Below, one piece after another: positions 23,152-33,565 of a stretch of DNA of 64,000 nucleotides. The notes under the pieces are model-generated. The model had not been told where the DNA came from. It made no database searches and saw nothing but the letters and a program-made list of their open reading frames with translations. The translations under genes were made by a program, and so were the position numbers. The DNA is taken from positions 1,120,001-1,184,000 of the forward strand of contig CAXXTH010000010.1 of assembly GCA_963668025.2 (NCBI GenBank), in the 5' to 3' direction. Positions within the stretch are counted from its first letter, which is position 1, and each line of letters starts with the position of its first letter. Source of the stretch: Candidatus Hydrogenedentota bacterium (lineage in GTDB: Bacteria > Hydrogenedentota > Hydrogenedentia > Hydrogenedentales > SLHB01).

Positions 23152-24973
23152 GAGGCATTTGCGAAATAAAGAAAATCCGTATTGACAAGGGTTTACAAAG
23201 CGGCGGAATTGGCGCCTACCCCGGAGAATGCGGGGAAAGGGGCTTGGCGGGGGCATGAATAAGGATTTTTTGTGAAAAATCACCCCAAATGCCCTCGGCG
23301 AGCGGGAAAAGGCGTAACGTCTCCCGTGTGTGATTGTAGTATAGTTGACCACATAACCACGCACACACCAAGGAGACGTTTGCGATGGCCATTATACACC
23401 AAATGGGGTTGTTCTCGTGGAACCAGGTCGACGCGGCGTCGGATCTGGATCGGCTGAACCTGTTGCTGGCGGCGCTGCCGGATGAAGATTTGATGCGGGC
23501 GATGGAAGCCGAACGCAAGGGGCGGCGCGACGATTATCCTATCCGCGCGATGTGGAACAGCATACTGGCGGGGATCGTCTTCCAGCACGACGGCGTCGAA
23601 AGCCTGCGCCGCGAACTAGCCCGAAACGGGCAATTGCGCCAGTTGTGCGGATTCGACGTGTTGCGGGGCGCCAAGGCGGTCCCGCCCGAATGGGTGTACA
23701 CGCGGTTCTTCGCCAGATTACTGCGCCACTGGAAAGAAGTGGACCGGATGTTCGACGCGCTCATCGTCCGGCTGATGGAACGCTTGCCGGATCTCGGGGT
23801 GCGTCTGGCCGTAGACTCGAAAGCCATCCAAACCCACGCCAAGCCTCCGCGCAAAGACGCGGTCCTGGAAAACGAAGAGCCGGACGGGCGGCGCGACCGC
23901 GACGCAGACTGGGGCACGAAAACCTACAAGGGCGTTCACAAGGACGGCACGCCCTGGGAGAAGGTCAAACGGTGGTTCGGCTACAAGCTGCACCTCATCG
24001 TGGACACGAAATATGAATTGCCGCTGGGCTACGCGGTCACGAAAGCCAGCGCCAACGACTCGCCCTTTCTGCTGCCCCTCGTGGCGGCTCTCGACGCGCG
24101 CCACCCCGAACTCGTCCAACGCGCCGAGTACCTCAGCGCCGACAAGGGCTATGATTCCGAAGCCAACAACAAGGGCCTCTTCGAGGAACATGAAATCCGG
24201 CCCATCGTGGACATCCGGGCGACCTGGAAAGAAGAACCGGAACGGCCCCGCCCTTTATATCCCGAACGGGTAGACACGATCTTCCATACCGAACGAGGTG
24301 AAGTCCTCTGCCGGTGTCGTAACGGCGCCCCAAACGAACGCGACAACTATGATTCCATGGCCTACCAAGGATTCGAGCAAGATCGGGGAACCTTGAAATA
24401 CCGTTGCCCAGCCAAGGCACGCGGGAGCGCCTGTACCCAGCAAGACCTCTGCAACCAAGGATGCCAGCCCGAACACGGACGGATTGTCCGCGTGCCCATC
24501 GCTATCGACCGGCGCATCTTTACCCCCCTGCCCCGCAGCGCCAAATCCTGGCGCCGCGAATACAAACACCGCACCGCCATCGAGCGAGTCAACAGCCGAC
24601 TCGACGGCGCATACGGATTCGAGCGCCACTACATCCGCGGTATGAAAAAGATGCGCGCCCGCACCGGATTAGCCCTCCTCGTCATGCTCGGCATGGCCCT
24701 GGGATGGCTCGAAGCCGGCCAGGCAGAACGCATGCGCTCGCTCCTCGGACAGCCCCGCGCCGCATAGATCACATCGAATCCGCACAAGCAATGATGGCCC
24801 GAATCAAGGGCAAACCATGCCCATTCGGGCCGCAAGGGTCCTACACGCGAACCTCCTGCATGATTTATTGCACCCGTAGCGGAGGCGTAATCCCATTGCC
24901 ACAGGCGAAAACCGCTCCGCGTGTGCCCGCACCGTCCGCGCGTTCGCAAACCACGCTATTTCGCAAATGCCTC
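23152..24973 (+). mobile_element. intact insertion sequence, 1822 bp (DDE; IS1182/IS5-like, family uncertain)
   Basis: Perfect 17-bp TIRs GAGGCATTTGCGAAATA (23152-23168, 24957-24973); 6-bp direct repeat GGTATT at 23146-23151 and 24974-24979. Confidence 0.95.
23385..24767 (+). CDS. DDE transposase
   Basis: AVDSK, FGYKLHLIVD, ADKGYD, Y..R..IERVNSRL. Confidence 0.93.
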   Translation: MAIIHQMGLFSWNQVDAASDLDRLNLLLAALPDEDLMRAMEAERKGRRDDYPIRAMWNSILAGIVFQHDGVESLRRELARNGQLRQLCGFDVLRGAKAVPPEWVYTRFFARLLRHWKEVDRMFDALIVRLMERLPDLGVRLAVDSKAIQTHAKPPRKDAVLENEEPDGRRDRDADWGTKTYKGVHKDGTPWEKVKRWFGYKLHLIVDTKYELPLGYAVTKASANDSPFLLPLVAALDARHPELVQRAEYLSADKGYDSEANNKGLFEEHEIRPIVDIRATWKEEPERPRPLYPERVDTIFHTERGEVLCRCRNGAPNERDNYDSMAYQGFEQDRGTLKYRCPAKARGSACTQQDLCNQGCQPEHGRIVRVPIAIDRRIFTPLPRSAKSWRREYKHRTAIERVNSRLDGAYGFERHYIRGMKKMRARTGLALLVMLGMALGWLEAGQAERMRSLLGQPRAA

Positions 24974-24990
24974 GGTATTGACCACGAAAA

Positions 24991-25200
24991 TAGCCGCAAC
25001 GAAGCTCCGGATTTTTAGACCACGAAATACACTAAATACACTAAAATATGTAGGGTGGGGCTTGCCCCACCGATCAGGGCGGCGCGCCTCTACAACGGCG
25101 CATGAAAGAACGCATACCGTAACGATTTGATACGATTTGAATTCTATAGGAAAGGTGTCTAAAAACTTCAAATTTTAGTGTATTTAGTGGTCTAAAATCC
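24991..25200. repeat. mosaic intergenic element with inverted CACTAAATA arrays, REP and shared core
   Basis: GGATTTTTAGACCACGAAATACACTAAATACACTAAAAT ... ATTTTAGTGTATTTAGTGGTCTAAAATCC; REP 25050-25071; 25083-25150 resembles the reverse complement of 18920-18990. Confidence 0.8.
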
Positions 25201-25204
25201 GTGT

Positions 25205-26605
25205 TTATTCTTTTTCGCGTTCGAGTTCGAGCCGGATGTGTTGCCAGCGGCCTTGCACGAAAACGAGGTAGGTGAGGAGCAGGCGTACGAAGTGGCTGAT
25301 CAAGATGCATGCCCAGATGACGGGCATGGTGAGCAATCCCACGTACCAGAATAGGATGCACAATCCCAGCAATACGCCGATTTGGGAGATGAACGCGATG
25401 ACCATGGGCCGGACGGTATCGCCCGCGCCCACCAATGCGCCCGTGAACACCAGCGCCAGCATGAGGCATATCCCCGAGCCGGCCAGATAGCGCAAACCGA
25501 CAATGCCGAAATGCCGCACCATTTCATCGGAAGCATTAAACACATCCAGGAGTTGCACCGGCAACACCCAGTACACGAGGGCCATGAAGGCCGCCCAGAC
25601 TGCTCCCGCGGCGGCGGTCACATACACGCCCCGCCTTCCGCGCTCGGGCAGACCAGCGCCCATATTCTGGCCCAAAATGGTCGTGGCCGTGCCGCGTAAA
25701 GCATATGCGGGCCACGTGGCCAGTGAAAAAAGCTGGCTGTAACAAATGATATATGCCGCCCGTGCCGCCACGTGGTGTTCGAGGCCGCCCATGAAGCGCA
25801 GCAGCACGATGCCGCCGATATTGAGCAATACGGCTTGTATGCCCACTGGAAATCCTTTGCGCATGATGGGGCGTATCACCGAGAAGTCCGGCCAGAGCTG
25901 CCCTCGAGGAGGAGGCTGTATAATGGTTTTCCCTCGCAGAATCAGCCCCAGCGCGATGAGCACGCTCACGAATGGCGCTATGCAGGTGGCCAGCGCCGCC
26001 CCGGCCGCGCCCATGGCGGGAAAGGGGCCCGCGCCGGTGATAAGGATGTAACTAAGCACTACATTAAGAATAGTCGCGAGAACGCCTAGAAGGAGGGGCG
26101 TGCGCGGGTCGCCCGAGGATTGCATCGCGCCAGTCACCATGAACATGAGGAAAACCGGCATGCCGAAGACAAAGAGGATGCGGAGATACGGCAGCGCGTG
26201 AACCATCTCGGCGGGGCTGGTTTTGATCAACATAAGTATTTGTGGAGCAAGCAGATAGCCCACGGGAGCGATAATGCCGAGGGCGGTAACGCTGGCCAGA
26301 AAGGTTTGATACGCCACGCGGCTCACATTTACGCGGTCATGCTTGCCCGCATATCGCGCCACAAAGGCGTTCATGCCCGCGTATAGCGATGAAATGAATA
26401 CGACGATGACCAGGAAAGCGCTCCAGGCAATCCCCACGCCTGCATTGGCGGCGCTATCCGCCGAAGGGACATAATGCCCCACCAAGGCCTGATCGACGAA
26501 TCCATGGATGCCGTTCACCATGTTCAGAAGCACCATGGGCCATGACAGCTTCCATACCGAGCGGAGGATGCTCCCGGTTATCAGTTCTTTATCGAAAGGT
26601 TTCAT
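25205..26605 (-). CDS. MATE-family efflux transporter
   Basis: Twelve-TM-like pattern; GD.RTP, LNVVL, GAAGAALAT, GQNMGAG, GAGDT. Confidence 0.92.
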   Translation of the reverse strand: MKPFDKELITGSILRSVWKLSWPMVLLNMVNGIHGFVDQALVGHYVPSADSAANAGVGIAWSAFLVIVVFISSLYAGMNAFVARYAGKHDRVNVSRVAYQTFLASVTALGIIAPVGYLLAPQILMLIKTSPAEMVHALPYLRILFVFGMPVFLMFMVTGAMQSSGDPRTPLLLGVLATILNVVLSYILITGAGPFPAMGAAGAALATCIAPFVSVLIALGLILRGKTIIQPPPRGQLWPDFSVIRPIMRKGFPVGIQAVLLNIGGIVLLRFMGGLEHHVAARAAYIICYSQLFSLATWPAYALRGTATTILGQNMGAGLPERGRRGVYVTAAAGAVWAAFMALVYWVLPVQLLDVFNASDEMVRHFGIVGLRYLAGSGICLMLALVFTGALVGAGDTVRPMVIAFISQIGVLLGLCILFWYVGLLTMPVIWACILISHFVRLLLTYLVFVQGRWQHIRLELEREKE

Positions 26606-26791
26606 CTATTTCTGGCCTGCATCCTACGGCGTGTAAAAATGCACTATACCATGGGAATAGGCAAAATCAGAATCAAGTAAAGGCGCAAGCGTGAGAATTG
26701 CCGTCAATTCCTGTAGAATCACCGGAGTGAAAAGGTTTGCATCGGGCATGATGCCTGTAATGAGTTTCATTTTGAATGGAATGGAGCGGGC

Positions 26792-27430
26792 ATGCGGTAT
26801 ATGAACGAAAGCGGATTGGATATTCTCACCATTGAAATGACTCCCTTCATGGCAAATTGCATTGTCGTGAAAGAGGGAAACGAAGCGCTTATCGTGGATC
26901 CGGGCGAAGCGCCGCCTCGCCTGTTTGATATGCTGAAAGGTTATACGGTTCGCACTATCGTGAACACCCATGGCCATTGCGACCATTGCGGCGGCAACGC
27001 GGAAATCGTGCTTCGCACGGGAGCCCAGTTGGCGGCCCACCCTGCCGATTTGGAACTTTTACGGCATATCACGGATCAAGGCCACATGTTCGGCGTGCCC
27101 TTTCCGGCTTCTCCTGATCCAGACTGGCTGCTCGCTGAAGGTGATACGGTTTCGGCCGGGAAGGCATCATTCACGGTGCTCCATACGCCAGGCCATTCCC
27201 CCGGGCATATTGTGCTCATCGGGCATGGCGTGGCTATTGTAGGCGATGTGCTCTTCGCGGGCTCGATTGGACGCGCGGATCTACCTGGAGGAAATCACAT
27301 GGAGTTGTTGCATTCCATACAGGCTAAACTCCTCACGCTGCCCGATGACACTGTTGTATATCCTGGCCATGGCCCATGCACCACGATTGGCGCTGAACGG
27401 GCCAGCAACCCCTTTCTTGCCGGCTTATGA
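26792..27430 (+). CDS. MBL-fold metallo-hydrolase (glyoxalase II-like)
   Basis: THGHCDHCGG, TPGHSPG, GDVLF.GSIGR, YPGHG. Confidence 0.92.
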   Translation: MRYMNESGLDILTIEMTPFMANCIVVKEGNEALIVDPGEAPPRLFDMLKGYTVRTIVNTHGHCDHCGGNAEIVLRTGAQLAAHPADLELLRHITDQGHMFGVPFPASPDPDWLLAEGDTVSAGKASFTVLHTPGHSPGHIVLIGHGVAIVGDVLFAGSIGRADLPGGNHMELLHSIQAKLLTLPDDTVVYPGHGPCTTIGAERASNPFLAGL

Positions 27431-29700
27431 GCGCCGTACTTTGCCTATTGGCGTTTCTCTCTCTTTCAGGAGTTGATGCCGCCCTTGCTCCCGACCAGCC
27501 GATTCCGCATATCTATGTGGGCGATCCGCTTATCCTTGAGCTGAAGTCGGATGCCGATGCGACCGCGAATATCCTGCTGGATATACAAGATGAAGACGGC
27601 GTCCGCAAGTCCATGCAGCTTAATGCCATTTCGCTGCGTTCCTTTGGCACGGATTGGGAGACTATCGAAGGCGCGCCTGCCAAGCGTGGCTTATATAGCG
27701 CCACTATTAGCGTGCAAGCCGACAAAGCGGCTCCTACTATCGAGCAAACCGCCTTTTGCCGCATCGACCGCCCCATCGCTTCCGTGGATGCGCCTGTAGG
27801 CGTCTGCCTAACGTCTGGCGGTGATGTGGAACTGCAAGCCCTCTCCGCGATTTCACTGCGGCGCGTACGTATCAACGCAAGCGCCCCTGGCGCTAAAGAA
27901 GCCATTGAGCGTGCGCTCGATGCCGATTTCCAAGTTGCGGTGGAGATCGATATGGCTCAGCTTTCCAATGCCAAAGAAATAGTAGAACAGCTTTCCCGGG
28001 CGTATGGGAGCCAGGTGGCCCGCTGGGATATTTTATCGTCTGGTTCCGAGGAAGATGTGGAGCTTGTCCTAAAAACGTTGAAAGACGGAGGCGGCCTTGC
28101 GCCCGCGGCGCTGGCCGTGAGCCAGCCAGAACAGCTTACCCGGCTGCTCGCCCGCTGGGAAGCAGGCCCTACGCCAGTCGTAATGATTCAGCGTGATGCC
28201 CCTACAAGGGAAGACTTAGCGGCGTTTCGTACTGCCGCCGAGCGGGTCGGCTATGAACAAGCGCCTCTTTATGTCCTGCTCAATGGATTCCCCAATAACG
28301 CGCAAGCAGGCGCCAGCCTGATCAAGCAATTGATTACCCATCTTGCTGGCGGCGTGGTGGAGACAGATATTAACGCTTCGCTTGTGTATGCGGATAACGT
28401 CTTCGGCCCGGCCTATGTCCTGCTCAGTGGATTCGCACGCAGGCTGCATGGCGCCGCGTATGTAGGCAGTCTGGATACGCCTGCGGGTTTTGAGGCCCAC
28501 GTGTTCCGGCGGGGAAGCGGCTGGTGCCTAGCCGCATGGGGAAATGGCCCTTCCTCCACATTGCCATTAGCGATTGGCGAGACCAGGAATCTCTATTTTA
28601 CCGATGCGCGCAACAATCCGCTGCCAGAACCTCAGGCGGATGCTTCCGGGAATATCATGCTTGCCTTGGAAAATGGCGGCCCCGTATATCTTAGCGGCTC
28701 GAACGGCGTGGTATTTCGCGCCGCCGCTACTCGTATGGCCCATATGGAAGCCCGTTACTTCGTTTCTGAACAGACATTTCAAAACGAACTGCCTGCGGAG
28801 CTGATTCGCATCATCCACGGCATTGCTGAGCATCCTGAGACACCTGTAGAGCGGAGCGATTTCTTGGCGCTCGTACGGACTATCTGCTATCTCGAACAGG
28901 AGTGGCGCAAGGACAGTTTGCCGAAAACCATTGCTGTTCCCGCATTAGCCAGCCTTACGCGCCTTATTCGCCATTTGTGCGTGCTTGAAGAAGAAAACGG
29001 AGAGCCTTTCCTCGAACCCTTGCAAGACACGCTCAACCGATGCAGCCAGGAACAGTCACTGTATTTGACGCAGACCTCCGAATCCAGCACTACGCGCGAA
29101 CGGGGAGACTGGCTGCTCAAGGAGATAAGCGAGCTCATTGCCGAGGCCAGGCAGCTCGAAGTTGATGGCAGGCCCATCGAAGCGAAAGCGGTGGCCAATA
29201 TGGCCGAATGGCGCGCCCGCGCCCTTAGCCTCATGATGCAAACCACTTCAGAAGAAGGCTTGTCCGCTCAAGATTTTAAAGAAAAAGAGTTGAAGCTCGA
29301 AAGTACAGTAGACCTATCGAAGCCCCAGGCGGATTCGGTGGCTTTGCCGGAAGGCATGCGTTTGCGTGGCCCCGACGATGCGGCTGCCCCGCCTGCCCCG
29401 GCTACTCCACCTGCTCCGGCTGCCGCTGAAACGGCTCCAGCCCCTGTAGAAGCTCCTCCAGCTCCACCGGAGGAATCTGCGGATACGAAGAAACCGCAGA
29501 CAGATTCTAAAGCCAGCAAGGAGCCTCAGAAACAGGTATTTCGTGTCGAGAAAGGGGATGGACCGTGGTCTATCGCCCAGAAACACGGCGTTCAACTGGA
29601 AGATATACTGAAGTGGAATAAATGGAAGAAGAGCCAACGGTTGCGAGTGGGGCAGCAATATATCGTCTATGCTCCACCAGCGAAGACAAAGTCACCCTGA
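27427..29700 (+). CDS. secreted protein with Pro/Ala linker and C-terminal LysM domain
   Basis: Signal peptide; FRVEKGDGPWSIAQKHGV..EDILKWN..LRVGQ. Confidence 0.8.
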   Translation: MSAVLCLLAFLSLSGVDAALAPDQPIPHIYVGDPLILELKSDADATANILLDIQDEDGVRKSMQLNAISLRSFGTDWETIEGAPAKRGLYSATISVQADKAAPTIEQTAFCRIDRPIASVDAPVGVCLTSGGDVELQALSAISLRRVRINASAPGAKEAIERALDADFQVAVEIDMAQLSNAKEIVEQLSRAYGSQVARWDILSSGSEEDVELVLKTLKDGGGLAPAALAVSQPEQLTRLLARWEAGPTPVVMIQRDAPTREDLAAFRTAAERVGYEQAPLYVLLNGFPNNAQAGASLIKQLITHLAGGVVETDINASLVYADNVFGPAYVLLSGFARRLHGAAYVGSLDTPAGFEAHVFRRGSGWCLAAWGNGPSSTLPLAIGETRNLYFTDARNNPLPEPQADASGNIMLALENGGPVYLSGSNGVVFRAAATRMAHMEARYFVSEQTFQNELPAELIRIIHGIAEHPETPVERSDFLALVRTICYLEQEWRKDSLPKTIAVPALASLTRLIRHLCVLEEENGEPFLEPLQDTLNRCSQEQSLYLTQTSESSTTRERGDWLLKEISELIAEARQLEVDGRPIEAKAVANMAEWRARALSLMMQTTSEEGLSAQDFKEKELKLESTVDLSKPQADSVALPEGMRLRGPDDAAAPPAPATPPAPAAAETAPAPVEAPPAPPEESADTKKPQTDSKASKEPQKQVFRVEKGDGPWSIAQKHGVQLEDILKWNKWKKSQRLRVGQQYIVYAPPAKTKSP

Positions 29701-29721
29701 CGCAAGGGAAAAGGAATATCC

Positions 29722-30693
29722 ATGAAGAATATCGGCGTATTGACAAGCGGGGGGGATTCCCCGGGCATGAACGCGACCGTGCGCGCCGTGGTCCGCACGG
29801 CGGCCTATCATGAAGTGAATGTGTTTGGCATCCATTGCGGTTATCAAGGCCTTATCGACGGCAAAGTCGTTCCGCTGGGCCCCCGTGACGTGGGGGGGAT
29901 TATCAACCGAGGCGGCACGATCTTGCATACGGCCCGCTGTAAAGAATTCTTTGAACCTGAAGGCCGCGTCAAAGCAGCCGCCACGCTCAAAGAATATGGC
30001 ATCGAGGGCTTGGTTGTCATCGGCGGAGATGGTTCGTATCGTGGCGCGATGAAACTGCACGAAGAACATGGCATCCGATGCATCGGCCTTCCAGGAACCA
30101 TTGACAATGATATCGGAGGCACGGATTTTACCATCGGCTACGACACCGCCCTTAACATCGCAGTCGAGGCGATTGATCGGGTCCGAGACACCGCCGAATC
30201 GCATGATCGCCTGTTTTTCGTCGAAGTGATGGGACGGCATAGCGGCTATCTTTCCATGATGAGCGGCATCGCGGGCGGCGCGGAGGATATTCTGGTGCCG
30301 GAAGCTCCAACAGATATCGAGCATCTCATCAGCCATCTGCGCGCAGGCCGCGAAAAAGGCAAGCGTTCCGCCATTGTAGTGGTGGCGGAAGGTGATGATG
30401 CGGGAAATGCGATTGAAGTGGCTAAAAAAGTCAGCGAAATCTCAGAGTTCAAGGATTCGCGCGTCGTGGTGATCGGCCATTTACAGCGCGGCGGCGCACC
30501 CAGCGCATTCGACCGCATTCTAGGCAGCAGGCTGGGCATACGCGCCGTCGAGGCCCTTATTGAAGGCGAAACCGGGAAAATGGTCGGCGTCTGCGGCAAC
30601 AATGTCACGCTACGGCCGCTCTCGGAAGCCTGGGAATTCCGTACGCAGTTTGATCCGAATTACATGCGTATCGCCCATATATTGGCGACGTGA
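29722..30693 (+). CDS. pfkA: 6-phosphofructokinase
   Basis: LTSGGDSPGMNA, GGDGS, PGTIDND, EVMGR, GHLQRGG. Confidence 0.97.
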   Translation: MKNIGVLTSGGDSPGMNATVRAVVRTAAYHEVNVFGIHCGYQGLIDGKVVPLGPRDVGGIINRGGTILHTARCKEFFEPEGRVKAAATLKEYGIEGLVVIGGDGSYRGAMKLHEEHGIRCIGLPGTIDNDIGGTDFTIGYDTALNIAVEAIDRVRDTAESHDRLFFVEVMGRHSGYLSMMSGIAGGAEDILVPEAPTDIEHLISHLRAGREKGKRSAIVVVAEGDDAGNAIEVAKKVSEISEFKDSRVVVIGHLQRGGAPSAFDRILGSRLGIRAVEALIEGETGKMVGVCGNNVTLRPLSEAWEFRTQFDPNYMRIAHILAT

Positions 30694-30721
30694 CACAATG
30701 CGGCGGCCACGGCGAGGCGTT

Positions 30722-31717
30722 CTAGACAAACGCCTCGTCCGCCTTGCCGCTGAACAGCAGCCATAAGAAGAACGGGCCGCCCAGCAGCGCGGTGATGATG
30801 CCCACGGGGATTTCCGCAGGCGCGGCTACGGTGCGGGCCACGGCGTCGCACGCCGTGAGGAACATGCCGCCGAACAGGAAGGTCGCGGGAAAGAGATAGC
30901 GGTGGCCGGGGCCTACAAACAACCGGCAAATATGAGGCGCCATCATGCCAATGAATCCGATGGGGCCGCATACGGCCACGATGCCGCCTACCATGAGCGA
31001 TACGGCGAAGAAAAGCATTTGCTTCATGCGCAGCACATCCACGCCGCGGCTCATTGCCAGATCCTCGCCGGTTGTGGCCAAATCGAGTTCTTGAACCATC
31101 AAATACACCAGCACGGCCCCGCTGGCCACGAAGGGCATTACATTCAGCAGCGCGTCATATCCCACCATGCCCAGCCCGCCCATCATCCAGCGTATGAGCC
31201 GGAATGAGTCATCCATATTGGAGGTGTACTGGACCGCTAGAATCAGGCTTGAGAAAAAAAAGCTTATGGCGACCCCCGCCAGCAGCAAGGTTGAAGAAGT
31301 GAATCCGCCGCGCATGCTCGTGACGCCGTACACCAGCAAGATGGTCAGCAGCGCGCCGATAAAAGCGGCAATAGATGTGCCTGAAATGCCTAGAAGCGAC
31401 AAGGAGAGCCCCAGGCGGACATAAATTGCCGCCCCGAGTGATGCGCCGCTGGATACGCCAAGGGTGAATGGCGTGGCTAAGGGATTGCGGAACAAGGCCT
31501 GAAACGCCATCCCGCTCACCGCCAGGCCCGCTCCTGCTAAAAACGCCGTTAATACGCGCGGTACTCGGATATCCCACAATACAGTCGATTCGATGCTGCT
31601 GCCGCTGGGATCGAATACCGTCCGCAAAGGCACATGTTGCATGCCCACTAGAGGCGCTCCCAATATAGAGGCCACCGCCAGCAGTAAGAGGAGATAAATC
31701 GCGAATGGAGGTTTCAT
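30722..31717 (-). CDS. FecCD/BtuC-family ABC permease
   Basis: RVPR, FRNPLA.P..LGVSSGA, GPIGFIG, EIPVG. Confidence 0.93.
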   Translation of the reverse strand: MKPPFAIYLLLLLAVASILGAPLVGMQHVPLRTVFDPSGSSIESTVLWDIRVPRVLTAFLAGAGLAVSGMAFQALFRNPLATPFTLGVSSGASLGAAIYVRLGLSLSLLGISGTSIAAFIGALLTILLVYGVTSMRGGFTSSTLLLAGVAISFFFSSLILAVQYTSNMDDSFRLIRWMMGGLGMVGYDALLNVMPFVASGAVLVYLMVQELDLATTGEDLAMSRGVDVLRMKQMLFFAVSLMVGGIVAVCGPIGFIGMMAPHICRLFVGPGHRYLFPATFLFGGMFLTACDAVARTVAAPAEIPVGIITALLGGPFFLWLLFSGKADEAFV

Positions 31718-32523
31718 ACTGCGCCTCGCGCCGTGACGACGATGATGTCTCCCGTTTCGGGATGCGTCAGAAAGTCAAATGGGGTTTCGTAAATTTGTTC
31801 GAGGACCGCATGATCGATGAGTCCTTTGGGTGTTCCATCAAAAGCCACTTTACCGCCCTTCAAGGCCAAAACATGGCTGCTTCCCAAGGCCCCGTGATTC
31901 AAGTCATGTGTCACGGACGCTACGGTAAGCCCTTGTTGTAGCTGCAGTTCATGGACCAGTTCGAGCACTTCCGTTTGGTGCTTATAATCCAGAAAGGTGG
32001 TCGGTTCATCGAGCAAGAGTATATCCGCCTCTTGCGCCAGCGCTGCGGCGATGAAGACCTTCTGCCGTTCGCCGCCGCTCAAGGTGTTCATGCGGCGTTC
32101 TGAAAAAACGGCCGTGCCCGTGCGCGCCATGGCGCGCACGGCGGCGTCCCGATCCGCTTGCGACAAGTGGGAGAGGGGACTCATATGCGGATAACGCGCC
32201 ATGAGGACGAAATCATTCACGGTAAACGGGAATAGCCTGCCGCCTGCTTGCGGCACGTAGCTGATACGGCGGGCCAATTCGCGCTGGGTGTAGCCGCTGA
32301 GCAATTTCCCGAACACCCGGATTTCACCGGACACGCGGACCCCTCGCCCGCTGCCCGCCGTCATGCGTCCCAAACTGCGCAGCAATGTTGTCTTTCCAGC
32401 TCCATTTGGCCCGATAATGGCGAAAGATTCACCTTGCTCGACTCGGAAGGAAACGCCATCGAGTACGGTCTTGTCTCCATACCGCAGGCAGAGATTCGAC
32501 ACTTCCAGAGCGGCCGTTTTCAT
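31714..32523 (-). CDS. iron/cobalamin ABC transporter ATPase
   Basis: GPNGAGKT, LSGGERQ, LLLDEPT, HDLN. Confidence 0.93.
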   Translation of the reverse strand: MKTAALEVSNLCLRYGDKTVLDGVSFRVEQGESFAIIGPNGAGKTTLLRSLGRMTAGSGRGVRVSGEIRVFGKLLSGYTQRELARRISYVPQAGGRLFPFTVNDFVLMARYPHMSPLSHLSQADRDAAVRAMARTGTAVFSERRMNTLSGGERQKVFIAAALAQEADILLLDEPTTFLDYKHQTEVLELVHELQLQQGLTVASVTHDLNHGALGSSHVLALKGGKVAFDGTPKGLIDHAVLEQIYETPFDFLTHPETGDIIVVTARGAV

Positions 32524-33446
32524 GGTGTTTTCCAGTCCGCTTCGGGATGGATGCACTGCGCGAGATCTTCAAGTGTTTGCACCATGCGCGGTCCCGGAAT
32601 CATAATATAATCACCGGAGGCAATATATATCCGGTTATCGCGCACCGCGTTGAGCGCGTTGAGTTGCCGCCAAGCGCTTAGAACGCTGTCATGCTCTTCT
32701 TGAGCCTTAACCGCGTCTGAGCGCAGCTCGATGATGATGTCCGGGTTCAACGCGAGGATGCCTTCCGCCGACATGCTCGGGTACATGATGGATTCATCGG
32801 TGAAGGCGTTTTCACCACCCGCAAGCGTGATGAAATCATCCAGAAAGTCCCCCTTGCCCGCCACGAAAACCTGTTCGATCCCAGGCGCGCCCATGTCGCG
32901 TCCCGTTGATAACAGCACGCGCGGGCGGGGCAATCCCGCGACTTTTTTCTGCACGCGTTCCACCCGTGAACGCATTTCAGCCACCAAATCATGGGCTTCT
33001 TCCTCGACGCCGCAGATTTGGCCCAGTTGAAGCAGCGACTCTATGACGCCTTCGAGGTTGGTGGAACTAAGTACGATAGTGGGCACATGCAGTGCGTCCA
33101 GTTGTTTTTTCTGTTCTTTTAATGACGGAAGCAGCACGACCAGATCCGGATGCAGTGTAACGATAGCTTCGTAGTTGGTGTCCACAAGCGCCCCGATGCT
33201 GGTTTTCGATTTTGCTTCGGGAGGATAGGTGCAGAACGAGGTGACGCCCACCACGGAATCGCCCAGGCCCAGCGCGAAAAGCATCTCCGTTGAACTGGGT
33301 GCTGCCGAGATGATGCGATGATACGTATGTTGCGGTGTGCTTGCAGGCAGTGAATGGGCGTTTCCCGGAATCGCATACCGCTTAATGGCATATACGCTCC
33401 CGAAAGTGGCCATGAGAACTAAAAAAATGATGATACTCCGCTGCAT
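32520..33446 (-). CDS. helical-backbone substrate-binding protein (BtuF-like)
   Basis: RIIS.APS.TEMLFALG, VGVT.FC.YP, E.I..L.PD, PGPR. Confidence 0.9.
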   Translation of the reverse strand: MQRSIIIFLVLMATFGSVYAIKRYAIPGNAHSLPASTPQHTYHRIISAAPSSTEMLFALGLGDSVVGVTSFCTYPPEAKSKTSIGALVDTNYEAIVTLHPDLVVLLPSLKEQKKQLDALHVPTIVLSSTNLEGVIESLLQLGQICGVEEEAHDLVAEMRSRVERVQKKVAGLPRPRVLLSTGRDMGAPGIEQVFVAGKGDFLDDFITLAGGENAFTDESIMYPSMSAEGILALNPDIIIELRSDAVKAQEEHDSVLSAWRQLNALNAVRDNRIYIASGDYIMIPGPRMVQTLEDLAQCIHPEADWKTP

Positions 33447-33565
33447 GAATGTGTGATCCCGCTTCCGAGGGGCATTATGCATACCCCCGCGCGCATTTCA
33501 AGAATAATGGATTCTTAAGGGAGGGCCAAGCAAACGATCCGGTTGTTGCGGGCGGCCTTGGAACA

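Noticed and set aside
33447-33565. Cobalamin riboswitch upstream of the BtuF-like gene
   Set aside because: Region too short and no B12-box recognised
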